Shown here piece after piece: positions 50,757 to 59,673 of a stretch of 64,000 bases of DNA. The stretch spans positions 150,129 through 214,128 of the forward strand of contig JBAYIS010000003.1 of the NCBI GenBank assembly GCA_041665525.1. Reading direction: 5' to 3'. Under the pieces are notes generated by a model. The model had not been told where the DNA came from. It saw only the letters and a list, made by a program, of their open reading frames with translations, and ran no database searches. The position numbers and the translations under genes were made by a program. The number at the start of each line of letters is the position of its first letter. Within the stretch, counting starts at the first letter, position 1. This stretch comes from Bacteroidota bacterium (GTDB lineage Bacteria > Bacteroidota > Ignavibacteria > UBA10030 > UBA8401).

Positions 50757-51582
50757 TTTTTAACAATCGGCGCACGTAGCTTTTGGAAGAAGATTTGGAT
50801 GGGGATGTGATCTGTTCGCTGACCTTACCAAAACGGCGTTCGCGGGATTGAAAAGATTCTATAGCGCAATACAGTTCGTTCCGGCGAAAATCGGGCCACA
50901 GGATATCCGTTACGTACATTTCGGAATATGCCAGCTGCCACAACAGAAAATTACTTATGCGGAGTTCACCGCTGGTCCGAATAAGAAGATCCGGATCCGG
51001 GATGTTTTTTGTTGCCAAATGTTTTGTCACCGTTTCTTCGGTAATCGATTCCGGAGCAAGTTTCCCTGCCTGAACGAGTTCCGCTATTCGTTTTATACCG
51101 CCCGTGATATCCCACCTGCCGCTATAGCTTAACGCCAGAACCAGTGTCAGTCCGGTATTGTTCTTAGTCAATTCGATCGCATCCAGGAATTCGTCCTGCG
51201 CATCCTGCGGCAGTGCACCAAAATCTCCGATCGTTTGCACGCGCACATTATTGTTATGCAGACGGTCCCGTTCATCCCGTAAGGAACTGACCAGAAGGCG
51301 CATCAAAATGGAGACTTCCTCTTTGGGGCGGCTCCAGTTTTCCGTTGAGAACGTGTACAGGGTAAGATATTTCACACCGAGCTGTCCGCATGCTTCGACA
51401 ATATCCCGCACGGAATTAACTCCTTCGTGATGACCTGCTACGCGCGGTAATGAGCGTTTCTTTGCCCAGCGTCCGTTCCCATCCATGATCATTGCGATGT
51501 GAACAGGAATATTGCCGTTCTTTTGCAGATGTTCCTGCAGTTTCCTGTCTTGGCTCACCGTTCGAGCCGAACCTTTTGCCAA
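50740..51582 (-). CDS. uppS: Isoprenyl transferase (undecaprenyl diphosphate synthase)
   Basis: HIAMIMDGNGRWAKKRSLPRVAGH and FSTENWSRP motifs of cis-prenyltransferases. Confidence 0.85.
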   Translation of the reverse strand: MAKGSARTVSQDRKLQEHLQKNGNIPVHIAMIMDGNGRWAKKRSLPRVAGHHEGVNSVRDIVEACGQLGVKYLTLYTFSTENWSRPKEEVSILMRLLVSSLRDERDRLHNNNVRVQTIGDFGALPQDAQDEFLDAIELTKNNTGLTLVLALSYSGRWDITGGIKRIAELVQAGKLAPESITEETVTKHLATKNIPDPDLLIRTSGELRISNFLLWQLAYSEMYVTDILWPDFRRNELYCAIESFQSRERRFGKVSEQITSPSKSSSKSYVRRLLKSVSGI

Positions 51583-51724
51583 CGAAAGCTCCGAAAATGT
51601 TCAAAAAATGAAATGTACCGAGCGGTACATTTCAAAAACCTTGATAAGATACTCTTTTCCCGAGAGAGAATCAACGGATTTAGACGGCTTTGATGCAGTG
51701 AAGTTCCTCACTATATTCAATTGT

Positions 51725-52975
51725 ATGGGAAAAAACTTGAAACTCATTGTGATCGGCGGTGGAGCCGCGGGAATGATCGCTGCCTGGCGGGCTTCCCTAT
51801 CCGGCTCGTCTGTCGTCCTCCTGGAAAAAAATCCGCATCTCGGCATCAAGATTCTCATCTCCGGCGGCGGCAAATGCAATATCACAAACGGCAGTGACAT
51901 AAAGACTATGTTAAAGCAGTTCCAAACGAATGAATCCCGTTTTCTGAAGTATGCCTTTCATGAATTCTCCAATACCGATCTGGTGGAACTGCTTCATACC
52001 GAAGGGATTGAAACATACACCCGCGACAACGGAAAAGTTTTTCCAAAGAGTCATGATGCGGAGGATGTGGTGTCAGCGCTTCGCAGATTAATGGAAAAAG
52101 AAGGCGTAGAGATCCGTCTTCAACAACCGGTGAAAGAGATCCGTCCGCTCGACGACGGAACGTTCACCGTCATCTCCGGCAAGCGAATTCACATCGCAGA
52201 AAAAGTGATTGTTGCAACGGGCGGAGCATCGTATCGCAAAACCGGAACAACCGGCGACGGATACCGGTGGATGCAAGATCTCGGCCACACCATAGTGCCA
52301 GTCCGGCCCGCACTGACTCCGATCATACTCTCACCTCTGCCTGCATCCACCTGGCAGGGAACACCAATTCGTGATTGTGAACTTTTAGCACTGTGCGGTT
52401 CATCGATCGTTTCCCGGTGGAAAGGAGATGTGTTGATCACGCATTTTGGTATATCCGGACCGGCCACGCTGGAGGTAAGCCGCAAGGCATTTCTGGAATT
52501 CGAACAAGGGAAAAAGGTAGATATGTGCGTCGATTTTTTTCCTGAATACACTCCAGAACAGTTGAATGAAAAGATCGTCGATGAAATCAAACAGAATCCA
52601 TCACGCAGTATTTTAACATTCATCGAACAATTGGTGCCTCAACGGCTGGCGGAATATCTTCTGACAGTGGTCTCCGTGCTCTTTGCAAAGAAACTGAACC
52701 AGATCTCAAAATCAGAACGGACTTCAGTGGTGAAGACATTGAAACAGTTGCCACTGGGAACGGTAAAAGACATTCCGCTTGACCGTGGAGAAGTGACCGC
52801 CGGCGGAGTTGCGTTGAATGAAGTGGATTACACTTCAATGGAATCCAATATCCAGAAAGGTTTGTATCTCTGCGGCGAGATACTTGATATTGCGGGACCG
52901 GTCGGCGGTTACAATCTGCAGGCGGCATTCTCCACAGGGTTTGTTGCGGGGAATCACGCAGGAAGCTGTAAATGA
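51725..52975 (+). CDS. HI0933/BaiN-like NAD(P)/FAD-dependent flavoprotein (aminoacetone oxidase family)
   Basis: Likely start at MGKNLKLIVIGGGAAGMIAA (Rossmann GxGxxG). HI0933-like architecture. The ORF is open from 51512, but upstream residues look non-coding. Confidence 0.7.
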   Translation: MGKNLKLIVIGGGAAGMIAAWRASLSGSSVVLLEKNPHLGIKILISGGGKCNITNGSDIKTMLKQFQTNESRFLKYAFHEFSNTDLVELLHTEGIETYTRDNGKVFPKSHDAEDVVSALRRLMEKEGVEIRLQQPVKEIRPLDDGTFTVISGKRIHIAEKVIVATGGASYRKTGTTGDGYRWMQDLGHTIVPVRPALTPIILSPLPASTWQGTPIRDCELLALCGSSIVSRWKGDVLITHFGISGPATLEVSRKAFLEFEQGKKVDMCVDFFPEYTPEQLNEKIVDEIKQNPSRSILTFIEQLVPQRLAEYLLTVVSVLFAKKLNQISKSERTSVVKTLKQLPLGTVKDIPLDRGEVTAGGVALNEVDYTSMESNIQKGLYLCGEILDIAGPVGGYNLQAAFSTGFVAGNHAGSCK

Positions 52976-53261
52976 TTCTATCCCTGCTGATATGAACCCT
53001 TTTGTTTATAAAATTTTCGGGGAAAAAATATGGAGAATATCGGCAATAGCAATATGTTTTCTGTAGAGAATAAATTCTGCAAAGAACCAGAGCGATTGGA
53101 CAAATTCAACATGACTTTTTTCCTGAATACAGATGCAAACAGCAACAACACCGCAATCAACGATTTCTTGCAAATCCATACAAATCACAGTATCTTAATC
53201 CGGTAATCATGTCGGACCAATGCTCGTCCGACATTTCATTTTAGAACAAGAACACACCGAG

Positions 53262-54398
53262 ATGTCGAAAAAAATCTGTATTGGAATTCTTGGCGGCGGC
53301 CAGTTGGCAAAGATGTCAACGTTGGCAGCATCGCGTTTAGGCTTCGACATTTCCATCATGGAAAAAGAGATGCGCTCGCCCGCCGGCCAATTGACACACC
53401 ATGAATCAATCGGCTGGGTGGATGATGAACTGGTTCTGAAATCTTTTACACACCATTGCGATGTGATCACACTGGAGAATGAATTCGTCGATCACCACCG
53501 TATTGAATTCATCGAACAACTCGGGAAAAAAGTATTCCCATCTTCCGCAACCATCGGATTGATTCAGGATAAGTTGCTGCAGAAGCAGACGTTGCAAAAG
53601 ACCAACATTCCCGTCCCGGAATTCATAGAAATTATGGAAGACTTCCGGTATGACGAAATTGTCGCTAAACTGGGAACGCCTTTCGTGTTGAAATCCCGGA
53701 AAATGGGATATGACGGATACGGCAACGCGCTGGTCAATTCCGAAAAGGAATATTCCGAAGCTGTATTGCATCTCTCCAACCGCCATAACAATCTCATGGC
53801 GGAATCATTCGTCAAATTCTCCATGGAACTGGCGGTGATGGTAGTGCGAACTTCCCGGGAGATCAAAACATATCCCGTCGTACAAACGATTCAAAAGAAC
53901 CATATTTGCCATACGGTGATAGCACCTGCAGAAATTTCCAAAGCGATAGCAGCGAAGGCGGAATCTGTCGCTATAGAGTCAGTGCAGGCAGTAAAAGGAT
54001 TCGGCATCTTCGCCGTAGAAATGTTCTTGACCGAAGACGGTTCAATCATCGTCAACGAGATGGCACCGCGTCCGCATAATTCCGGTCATTACACGATTGA
54101 AGGGTGTGTCACTTCACAATTCGAGAATCATATCCGCGCTGTGATGGAATTGCCGCTTGGTTCAACAGAAATGATCAAACCTCACGCCGTGATGATTAAT
54201 TTGCTCGGCAAACCCTTTCCTCAAAAGAAAATGGAGACATACAGGACGGCTCTTCAGCATCCCAATGTGCACCTGCATATTTACGGAAAAGAGAGTTCAC
54301 GCAACGGCAGAAAGATGGGACATATCACTATCATCGGCGACAATCTGAAGAAGATCCTGAAGGAAGCGAACGAGATCGAAGAGCAGATCAGTTTATAG
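53262..54398 (+). CDS. purK: N5-carboxyaminoimidazole ribonucleotide synthase
   Basis: ATP-grasp enzyme. Start at MSKKICIGILGGGQLAKM. Followed by purE. Confidence 0.85.
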   Translation: MSKKICIGILGGGQLAKMSTLAASRLGFDISIMEKEMRSPAGQLTHHESIGWVDDELVLKSFTHHCDVITLENEFVDHHRIEFIEQLGKKVFPSSATIGLIQDKLLQKQTLQKTNIPVPEFIEIMEDFRYDEIVAKLGTPFVLKSRKMGYDGYGNALVNSEKEYSEAVLHLSNRHNNLMAESFVKFSMELAVMVVRTSREIKTYPVVQTIQKNHICHTVIAPAEISKAIAAKAESVAIESVQAVKGFGIFAVEMFLTEDGSIIVNEMAPRPHNSGHYTIEGCVTSQFENHIRAVMELPLGSTEMIKPHAVMINLLGKPFPQKKMETYRTALQHPNVHLHIYGKESSRNGRKMGHITIIGDNLKKILKEANEIEEQISL

Positions 54399-54452
54399 TC
54401 CCTCTCACTGCCAAGATTTCAAAGAATATTTTTATCTAAAATTGAGCTTGGA

Positions 54453-54953
54453 ATGTCTATGAAAAAACCTGTTGTTGGAATCATTATGGGAAGCGATTCC
54501 GATCTCCCCACCATGCAGGAAGCGGCGTTGGTGCTGGATGAATTCGGCGTCCCCTTTGAAATGAAAATTACTTCGGCGCACCGCACGCCGAAATTCATGT
54601 CGAGCTATGCCTCCGGTGCACAGCGTCGTGGAATAAAAGTGATTATCGCCGGTGCCGGAGGTGCTGCACATCTTCCTGGAATGTCCGCTTCACACACGCC
54701 CCTGCCGGTGATCGGCGTACCGATTAAGACGCGGTCGTTGGACGGGATCGATTCATTATTATCTATTGCACAAATGCCCGGCGGCGTTCCTGTTGCAACT
54801 GTTGCGATCGGCGGCGGGAAAAATGCAGGATTGCTGGCGGTGCAGATGCTGGCAATTCACGATACTGCTTTAATGAAAAAGATGAGCGCGTTTAAAAAGA
54901 AATTAGAAAAAGAATCTCTTGGTAAGAATAAGAAACTGGTTCGCAGAAAGTAA
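54453..54953 (+). CDS. purE: N5-carboxyaminoimidazole ribonucleotide mutase
   Basis: 166 aa. [15 protein letters not shown]...ITSAHRTP is the PurE signature. Confidence 0.9.
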   Translation: MSMKKPVVGIIMGSDSDLPTMQEAALVLDEFGVPFEMKITSAHRTPKFMSSYASGAQRRGIKVIIAGAGGAAHLPGMSASHTPLPVIGVPIKTRSLDGIDSLLSIAQMPGGVPVATVAIGGGKNAGLLAVQMLAIHDTALMKKMSAFKKKLEKESLGKNKKLVRRK

Positions 54954-55646
54954 GTGAACGGTTTGTAGATTGTTGTAAAACAGTTATTGGCTATTCACGG
55001 GATGAGAAGATTGTTACGCATTTAAATAAACGAGATTACGGCCAGCACCTTCTGGCTTTGCCAAAAACATTATACCACACTTCATTTTTCCATACCACAG
55101 TCCTTTTCCCTCACATTAATTATTTTCTCGACATACATTCAGAATAATCGAATTTGCCACAATGGTGTATCCACCATTGTAGCATAATTATAGTGTGCAA
55201 AGATCTTGCTCATACCAAATATTAAAATCCATGGCGCCTAATCAATATCAGGAAATTAGTTCCGGTAGTTTCTTCAACCTTAAAACAGTGACGAATACAG
55301 AATATTCCTTGAAGATTTCTTGATTCGAGTTTGAGACTCCCCTTGAAGGTGATTCGAATTCTGTGGTGGGTAATAAATGCTTGAAAAACGAGAACTGTTC
55401 GTCGGATATTTCATTTTGTTTGTACCGCGCCTAACATACTTAACCATTTTTCCCTGAAAAAGTCTGAATATCATTTTTAAGATTACTTCTCTGTTATTAA
55501 TAAAAAAAAGCTTTAAGATATTTTTATCTCCTATTAATAAATTTTAAATCAGATACTTTTATCGCGATTGACAGCAGATAATAAATTATTTATTTTTAAA
55601 ATAGTTCATGTATATAATTTGTTGCCACAACAAATATTAAATAAAT

Positions 55647-56631
55647 ATGAACTCACTTTTGCATATCCTACCTAAGGTATTCCTTCCTGCAATTAGAATA
55701 ATAATTGCAATTATTTTTATTTTATCTGGATCATTAAAATATTTAGATATTAACGCCTTCCAAAATTCCATTAAAAGTTTTTGATATTTTATTTTTCATT
55801 GACCCAATATTTGTTTCGATTCTTATACCAGCCTTAGAAATAGTTTTGGGTTTCCTGCTATTGTTTTCATTTAAAATAAGAATGACTGTCTCTTTAATTT
55901 TGGTACTTCTGAGTTTATTCACATCAGTTTTACTTGCACAAATAGATAACAATACTAATATTTCATGCCAGTGTTTTGGGTTTTTAAGTGATGGTAAAAT
56001 TACAACAGCAACGATATGGCGAAATGTATTTTTGATTTGTTGCAATATTTTTATTTTAGCAAATAGTGGAGAAATACCGAATAAAATGCAGTTAGTTCAA
56101 TCCATGCGATATTTTTTCATATTATTTATTTTAACACAATCTCTAGCCTTATCTCTTGAAAACAAAATCCTTAAAGAAAGGCTTTTGATTTTAACGTCTG
56201 GATTAGAACTAAAACCTGGTGACGAAATAGATGAACTAGTAGTTTTTTCAGATCAACTGGATACTAACATTATAAAGCCAAATAATAGTAAAAAGAAAAT
56301 CATAATATTTGCTGTAAAGAAAGATTGTTCATTTTGTAAAGAGAATTTAAAGCCGTGGAGGAAAATTATTTTGATGGCCAAGAAAGAGACATACAATGTT
56401 GTAATAATTTCACCAGATTCAATAAATATTCTAAAAAATTATTTACAGGAATACAATTTAAAATACGATTACTTGTCTGCGTCAAATAAAGAATTAATGA
56501 CAAGGTTAAAGATAAAATCAGTTCCACAAACTATCTTCATAGTGAATGGAATTGTAAAGAAAGTATTGCGTGGAGTTTTGACTTCGGAAGATGTTGATGT
56601 CATTTTTAGAAATATTAACTATTCTCAATAA
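55647..56631 (+). pseudogene. MauE/DoxX-like membrane thiol-oxidoreductase fused to TlpA-like thioredoxin domain, interrupted by an apparent +1 frameshift in a T5 run at 55778-55782
   Basis: ORF-a (55647-55784) reads MNSLLHILPKVFLPAIRIIIAIIFILSGSLKYLDINAFQNSIKSF*. The +1 frame then continues DILFFIDPIFVSILIPALEIVLGFLLL...CQCFG...KKDCSFCKENL...SVPQTIFIVNG. The N-terminal portion matches the MauE family, which contains a conserved CxCFG motif. The C-terminus is a thioredoxin fold with a CxxC active site and a cis-Pro loop. Removing one T from gttttt restores a single 327-aa ORF. Confidence 0.55.
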
Positions 56632-56649
56632 AAACATTTTGAAGGTAAT

Positions 56650-56973
56650 ATGCATTCAAAATATTTGTCCTTTGCGATAATTATTGTTTTAGCATTCTCA
56701 GTTATTCAACTTTCTTCTTCAAATTCTACATTTAGTGAGACATTGCAACCTTGTTGCAATCTTGATTATTGTACTTCGTTGGATATGAATTGTGGAGACT
56801 ATACAAGCGCACAGTTTTGGGAATTTGATTGCTCTGACCAAACTATAACCTGTAGACAATGTGTAGATTACACAGTATCTGGCTGTTTATGTTCAGGAGG
56901 AAGCCAAAGATGTAAAGAAAACAATGGAAGTTATTATTATGGAAATCACGTTTCTTGCAGCACGAGTAAGTAA
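56650..56973 (+). CDS. Small secreted cysteine-rich protein (13 Cys in about 80 mature residues)
   Basis: 107 aa. Signal peptide MHSKYLSFAIIIVLAFSVIQLSS; mature part contains CC, CxxxxC and CxC pairs. 18 nt downstream of the thiol-oxidoreductase gene, on the same strand, in the same AT-rich island. Confidence 0.55.
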   Translation: MHSKYLSFAIIIVLAFSVIQLSSSNSTFSETLQPCCNLDYCTSLDMNCGDYTSAQFWEFDCSDQTITCRQCVDYTVSGCLCSGGSQRCKENNGSYYYGNHVSCSTSK

Positions 56974-57096
56974 AAACCAAATATCGAATATGAACATACA
57001 AAAATGTAATAGTGCGCAAAAGTTTTGTGTCGTGTAAAATAATATTGTTAGGTGAGTTTTTTAGTTGGTTAAAGTGTAACAAATATTCTCTTTTTT

Positions 57097-58380
57097 ATGA
57101 AAAAATCCAGCAAGTGGATATATATTATTATAATTATAGTTTTCCACACTCTTTTATTAAAAGGGCAATGGATTTCTCAAAAAGGTAGTTTGCCATCATT
57201 TTTAGGAGGACTTAAAATTGATTCATGTGATTCATTAACTGCGGTTGTTGCGTTATCTCCTTCAATGATACTCCGATCCCTTGATGGCGGAAAAGTATGG
57301 TCAAAAATAGGATCATATAGCGCAATTGATATTTCCATGGTAGATAGTTCTCATATATGGATTGGCACATTACAAGGAGATATAATGAGCACTACTAATG
57401 GTGGCATAGAATGGATTAGACAATTCCATGATCCGACAATAACAACGTATATCATTTATATTAAAATGTTTAGTTTAGGTAGCGGAGTTGCAGTGGGAGA
57501 GGGGTTGACGGGTACGTTACCTTTAGTCGTATTACAGACTAACGACGGTGGTATTCATTGGACTTCAGTAAATGATTCTGCATTTGGTGGTTACTCAGCC
57601 GACGCTTGGAGGCGCTTACAATTCAGTTCACACTCTACCGGATATGTTTGGCCTTATGGAAAAGATATATCCTCATTATGGAAAACAATAGATGGAGGTG
57701 TAACTTGGAATAATTTGCATGTTCCAGGAAATCTTCAAGTATTAAGATTTTATGATGATACTTTTGGCATTGCATGCTTTAATAATGCTCCAACTACGAC
57801 GGGTCTCTCTATCCGGCGAACAATTGATGGGGGAAATACATGGGAAGTTCTTGTTCCCATATTTAATGGTTTTTGGGGAACTGATTTTGAGTTTTGTCCT
57901 AACGATGCAAAAAAAATTTGGTTTACTGATAATCAAAAATTATTTTTTAGTGTAGATTCTGGAAGATCTTGGGATGAAAACTTTTTAATTAAGGGTACTG
58001 ATATTATCTTCACCGATTCTTTGAACGGATGGGTGATTGGTAACAATGATATCATACATACACAAAACGGTGGTTTGTTATCAATTCACGAATCAGATAA
58101 CTCGAATCCACTAAAAACTTCTTACATGTTATTCCAAAACTATCCAAACCCATTTAATCCTACAACGACCATTAAATATTCTCTATTGCAAGATGGTGTC
58201 GTACAATTAAGAGTATATGATATGCTTGGCAGATTAGTGAATGAATTAGAAAATAAAACTAAACGTTCTGGAGATTATTCTGTTGAATTTAATGCAGACA
58301 AATTATCCAGTGGAATCTATTTTTATAAATTAAATTATGGAAATAATATCCAAGTAAAACGAATGGTTTTTTTAAGATAA
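57097..58380 (+). CDS. BNR/Asp-box repeat protein with C-terminal T9SS sorting domain
   Basis: 427 aa. Signal peptide. At least six SxDxGxTW-like repeats (TNGGIEW, TNDGGIHWT, TIDGGVTWN, TIDGGNTWE, SVDSGRSWD, TQNGG). The C-terminal roughly 80 aa (NPFNPTTTIKYSL...GIYFYKL...VKRMVFLR) matches a type A T9SS sorting domain. Confidence 0.7.
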   Translation: MKKSSKWIYIIIIIVFHTLLLKGQWISQKGSLPSFLGGLKIDSCDSLTAVVALSPSMILRSLDGGKVWSKIGSYSAIDISMVDSSHIWIGTLQGDIMSTTNGGIEWIRQFHDPTITTYIIYIKMFSLGSGVAVGEGLTGTLPLVVLQTNDGGIHWTSVNDSAFGGYSADAWRRLQFSSHSTGYVWPYGKDISSLWKTIDGGVTWNNLHVPGNLQVLRFYDDTFGIACFNNAPTTTGLSIRRTIDGGNTWEVLVPIFNGFWGTDFEFCPNDAKKIWFTDNQKLFFSVDSGRSWDENFLIKGTDIIFTDSLNGWVIGNNDIIHTQNGGLLSIHESDNSNPLKTSYMLFQNYPNPFNPTTTIKYSLLQDGVVQLRVYDMLGRLVNELENKTKRSGDYSVEFNADKLSSGIYFYKLNYGNNIQVKRMVFLR

Positions 58381-58404
58381 TACGGTTGATCTAAATCCCA
58401 ATAA

Positions 58405-59541
58405 CTATTTCTTTCCGTACATAAACATCAACGGCCGCCACACCCGCTTTGCCCAGGATTGTTCATTGTGCGAACCCAGAGAATCCAGCGTATATTCCAG
58501 GTCCTTTCCTTTCTTATATCCTTTCGACTTTAAGATCTCCGTCATCCTTTTATATCCGCTGATAAGTTCCTTTTCGCGGCCGCCGCAATCGAGATAGATC
58601 TTTATGTGTTTTTTACTGCCGGTGTATTCGCGTACTTCTTTCAGCGTTTTTTCATTGTCAAACCAAAAAGCGGAAGAAACGCAACCCGCCATGCCGAAGA
58701 CTTGGGGGTGTTTCCAGACAAATAATAAGGACGACAAACCGCCGAGTGATGAACCGATGACTCCCGTATGTTCCCTGCCCGGCTTTGTTCTATAGGTAGA
58801 ATCAATCAGCGGTTTTACGACACTAATCACAAAATTCATATATGCTGTTCCCAGATCCGTGTCGGAATATTCCGGCAATCGGTCCGGTGAGTTATAGATG
58901 CCAACGACGATAATCTCTTCGATTTTCTTCATCTTAATAAGGCTGTCCGCCACTTCATCCACCCGCCAGTCGTGTCCGGTAAATGCTGTGGAAGGGTCGA
59001 AAATGTTTTGCCCGTCGTGCATGTACAGTACGGGATAGAATTTCTTCGGGTTCTTCTCATAGGATGGTGGTAACCAAACGATAATATCCCTCGCATGAAT
59101 GAGTCCTTCGCCCCGGAGCTGTCGATGATAATCCACTTTTCCTCGAATGGCCTGTTCCGGTTTTTTCGGTAGGATAGAACGTTTCCAAAATAAAGGGCGG
59201 AGAATCACTATGGTGTCTTTCGTTACTTCAATGAATGTGTTTTGCGGAATTGCACTGCTGTCATATATCGCTTCCGATTCCCAGGAACCTGCAGTCACTT
59301 TGAATTCCAGAAGTGCACCTTTCTTCACGGATACGGCAATTTTCCAAAGAGAATCGTTCACTTTCTTTAATGCAACAGCAGAAGGATTCCAGTTTCCGAG
59401 TTCCGGAAGGTTCCCTGCGATAAACACTGTATTTTGCGAATCGCGCGCATCACCGGTCAATTCAACTGCAATCGTCACGTTCAACATTTGTGCGCTTGCA
59501 CAATGAACAAACAGCATCAGCAGTATTCCGGACATTCTCAT
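58405..59541 (-). CDS. Esterase (Fes/putative-esterase alpha/beta hydrolase family) with N-terminal CBM20-like carbohydrate-binding domain
   Basis: 378 aa with a signal peptide. The N-terminal about 100 aa resembles a starch-binding domain (VFIAGNLPELGNWNP...LWK...EFKV). The catalytic part has VLYMHDGQNIFD and GSSLGG (GxSxG). Confidence 0.65.
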   Translation of the reverse strand: MRMSGILLMLFVHCASAQMLNVTIAVELTGDARDSQNTVFIAGNLPELGNWNPSAVALKKVNDSLWKIAVSVKKGALLEFKVTAGSWESEAIYDSSAIPQNTFIEVTKDTIVILRPLFWKRSILPKKPEQAIRGKVDYHRQLRGEGLIHARDIIVWLPPSYEKNPKKFYPVLYMHDGQNIFDPSTAFTGHDWRVDEVADSLIKMKKIEEIIVVGIYNSPDRLPEYSDTDLGTAYMNFVISVVKPLIDSTYRTKPGREHTGVIGSSLGGLSSLLFVWKHPQVFGMAGCVSSAFWFDNEKTLKEVREYTGSKKHIKIYLDCGGREKELISGYKRMTEILKSKGYKKGKDLEYTLDSLGSHNEQSWAKRVWRPLMFMYGKK

Positions 59542-59591
59542 AAGTATTTTGCTGTTGTGACTGTGAAATGATAGGAAATTATTTCCCGTTA

Positions 59592-59633
59592 TCCAAAAAT
59601 AAAAAATCCGCCCTGCAGGATGCAGGACGGATT
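59592..59633 (-). terminator. Rho-independent terminator downstream of the 5-6-heme cytochrome gene
   Basis: 13-bp stem with one mismatch, aatccgccctgca-gga-tgcaggacggatt. On the minus transcript it is followed by uuuuuuauuuuu. Confidence 0.65.
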
Positions 59634-59673
59634 GTTGGATATAGGAGGAGGTGTTGCTGTTGTGTGCGATAGA

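Noticed and set aside
55300-55370. tRNA- or tmRNA-like gattcgaattc element in the AT-rich intergenic stretch
   Set aside because: It resembles a T-loop (GGTTCGAATCC) superficially. The flanking sequence cannot form a complementary T-stem or acceptor stem in either orientation, and there is no CCA or anticodon-arm arrangement.
55846-56631. Treating 55846-56631 as a stand-alone 261-aa CDS starting at TTG
   Set aside because: The same frame stays open upstream to 55747 and encodes MauE-like TM helices continuous with the ORF. Ending at 55784, the adjacent frame carries the matching MauE N-terminus. A single-base frameshift within a larger gene explains both better.
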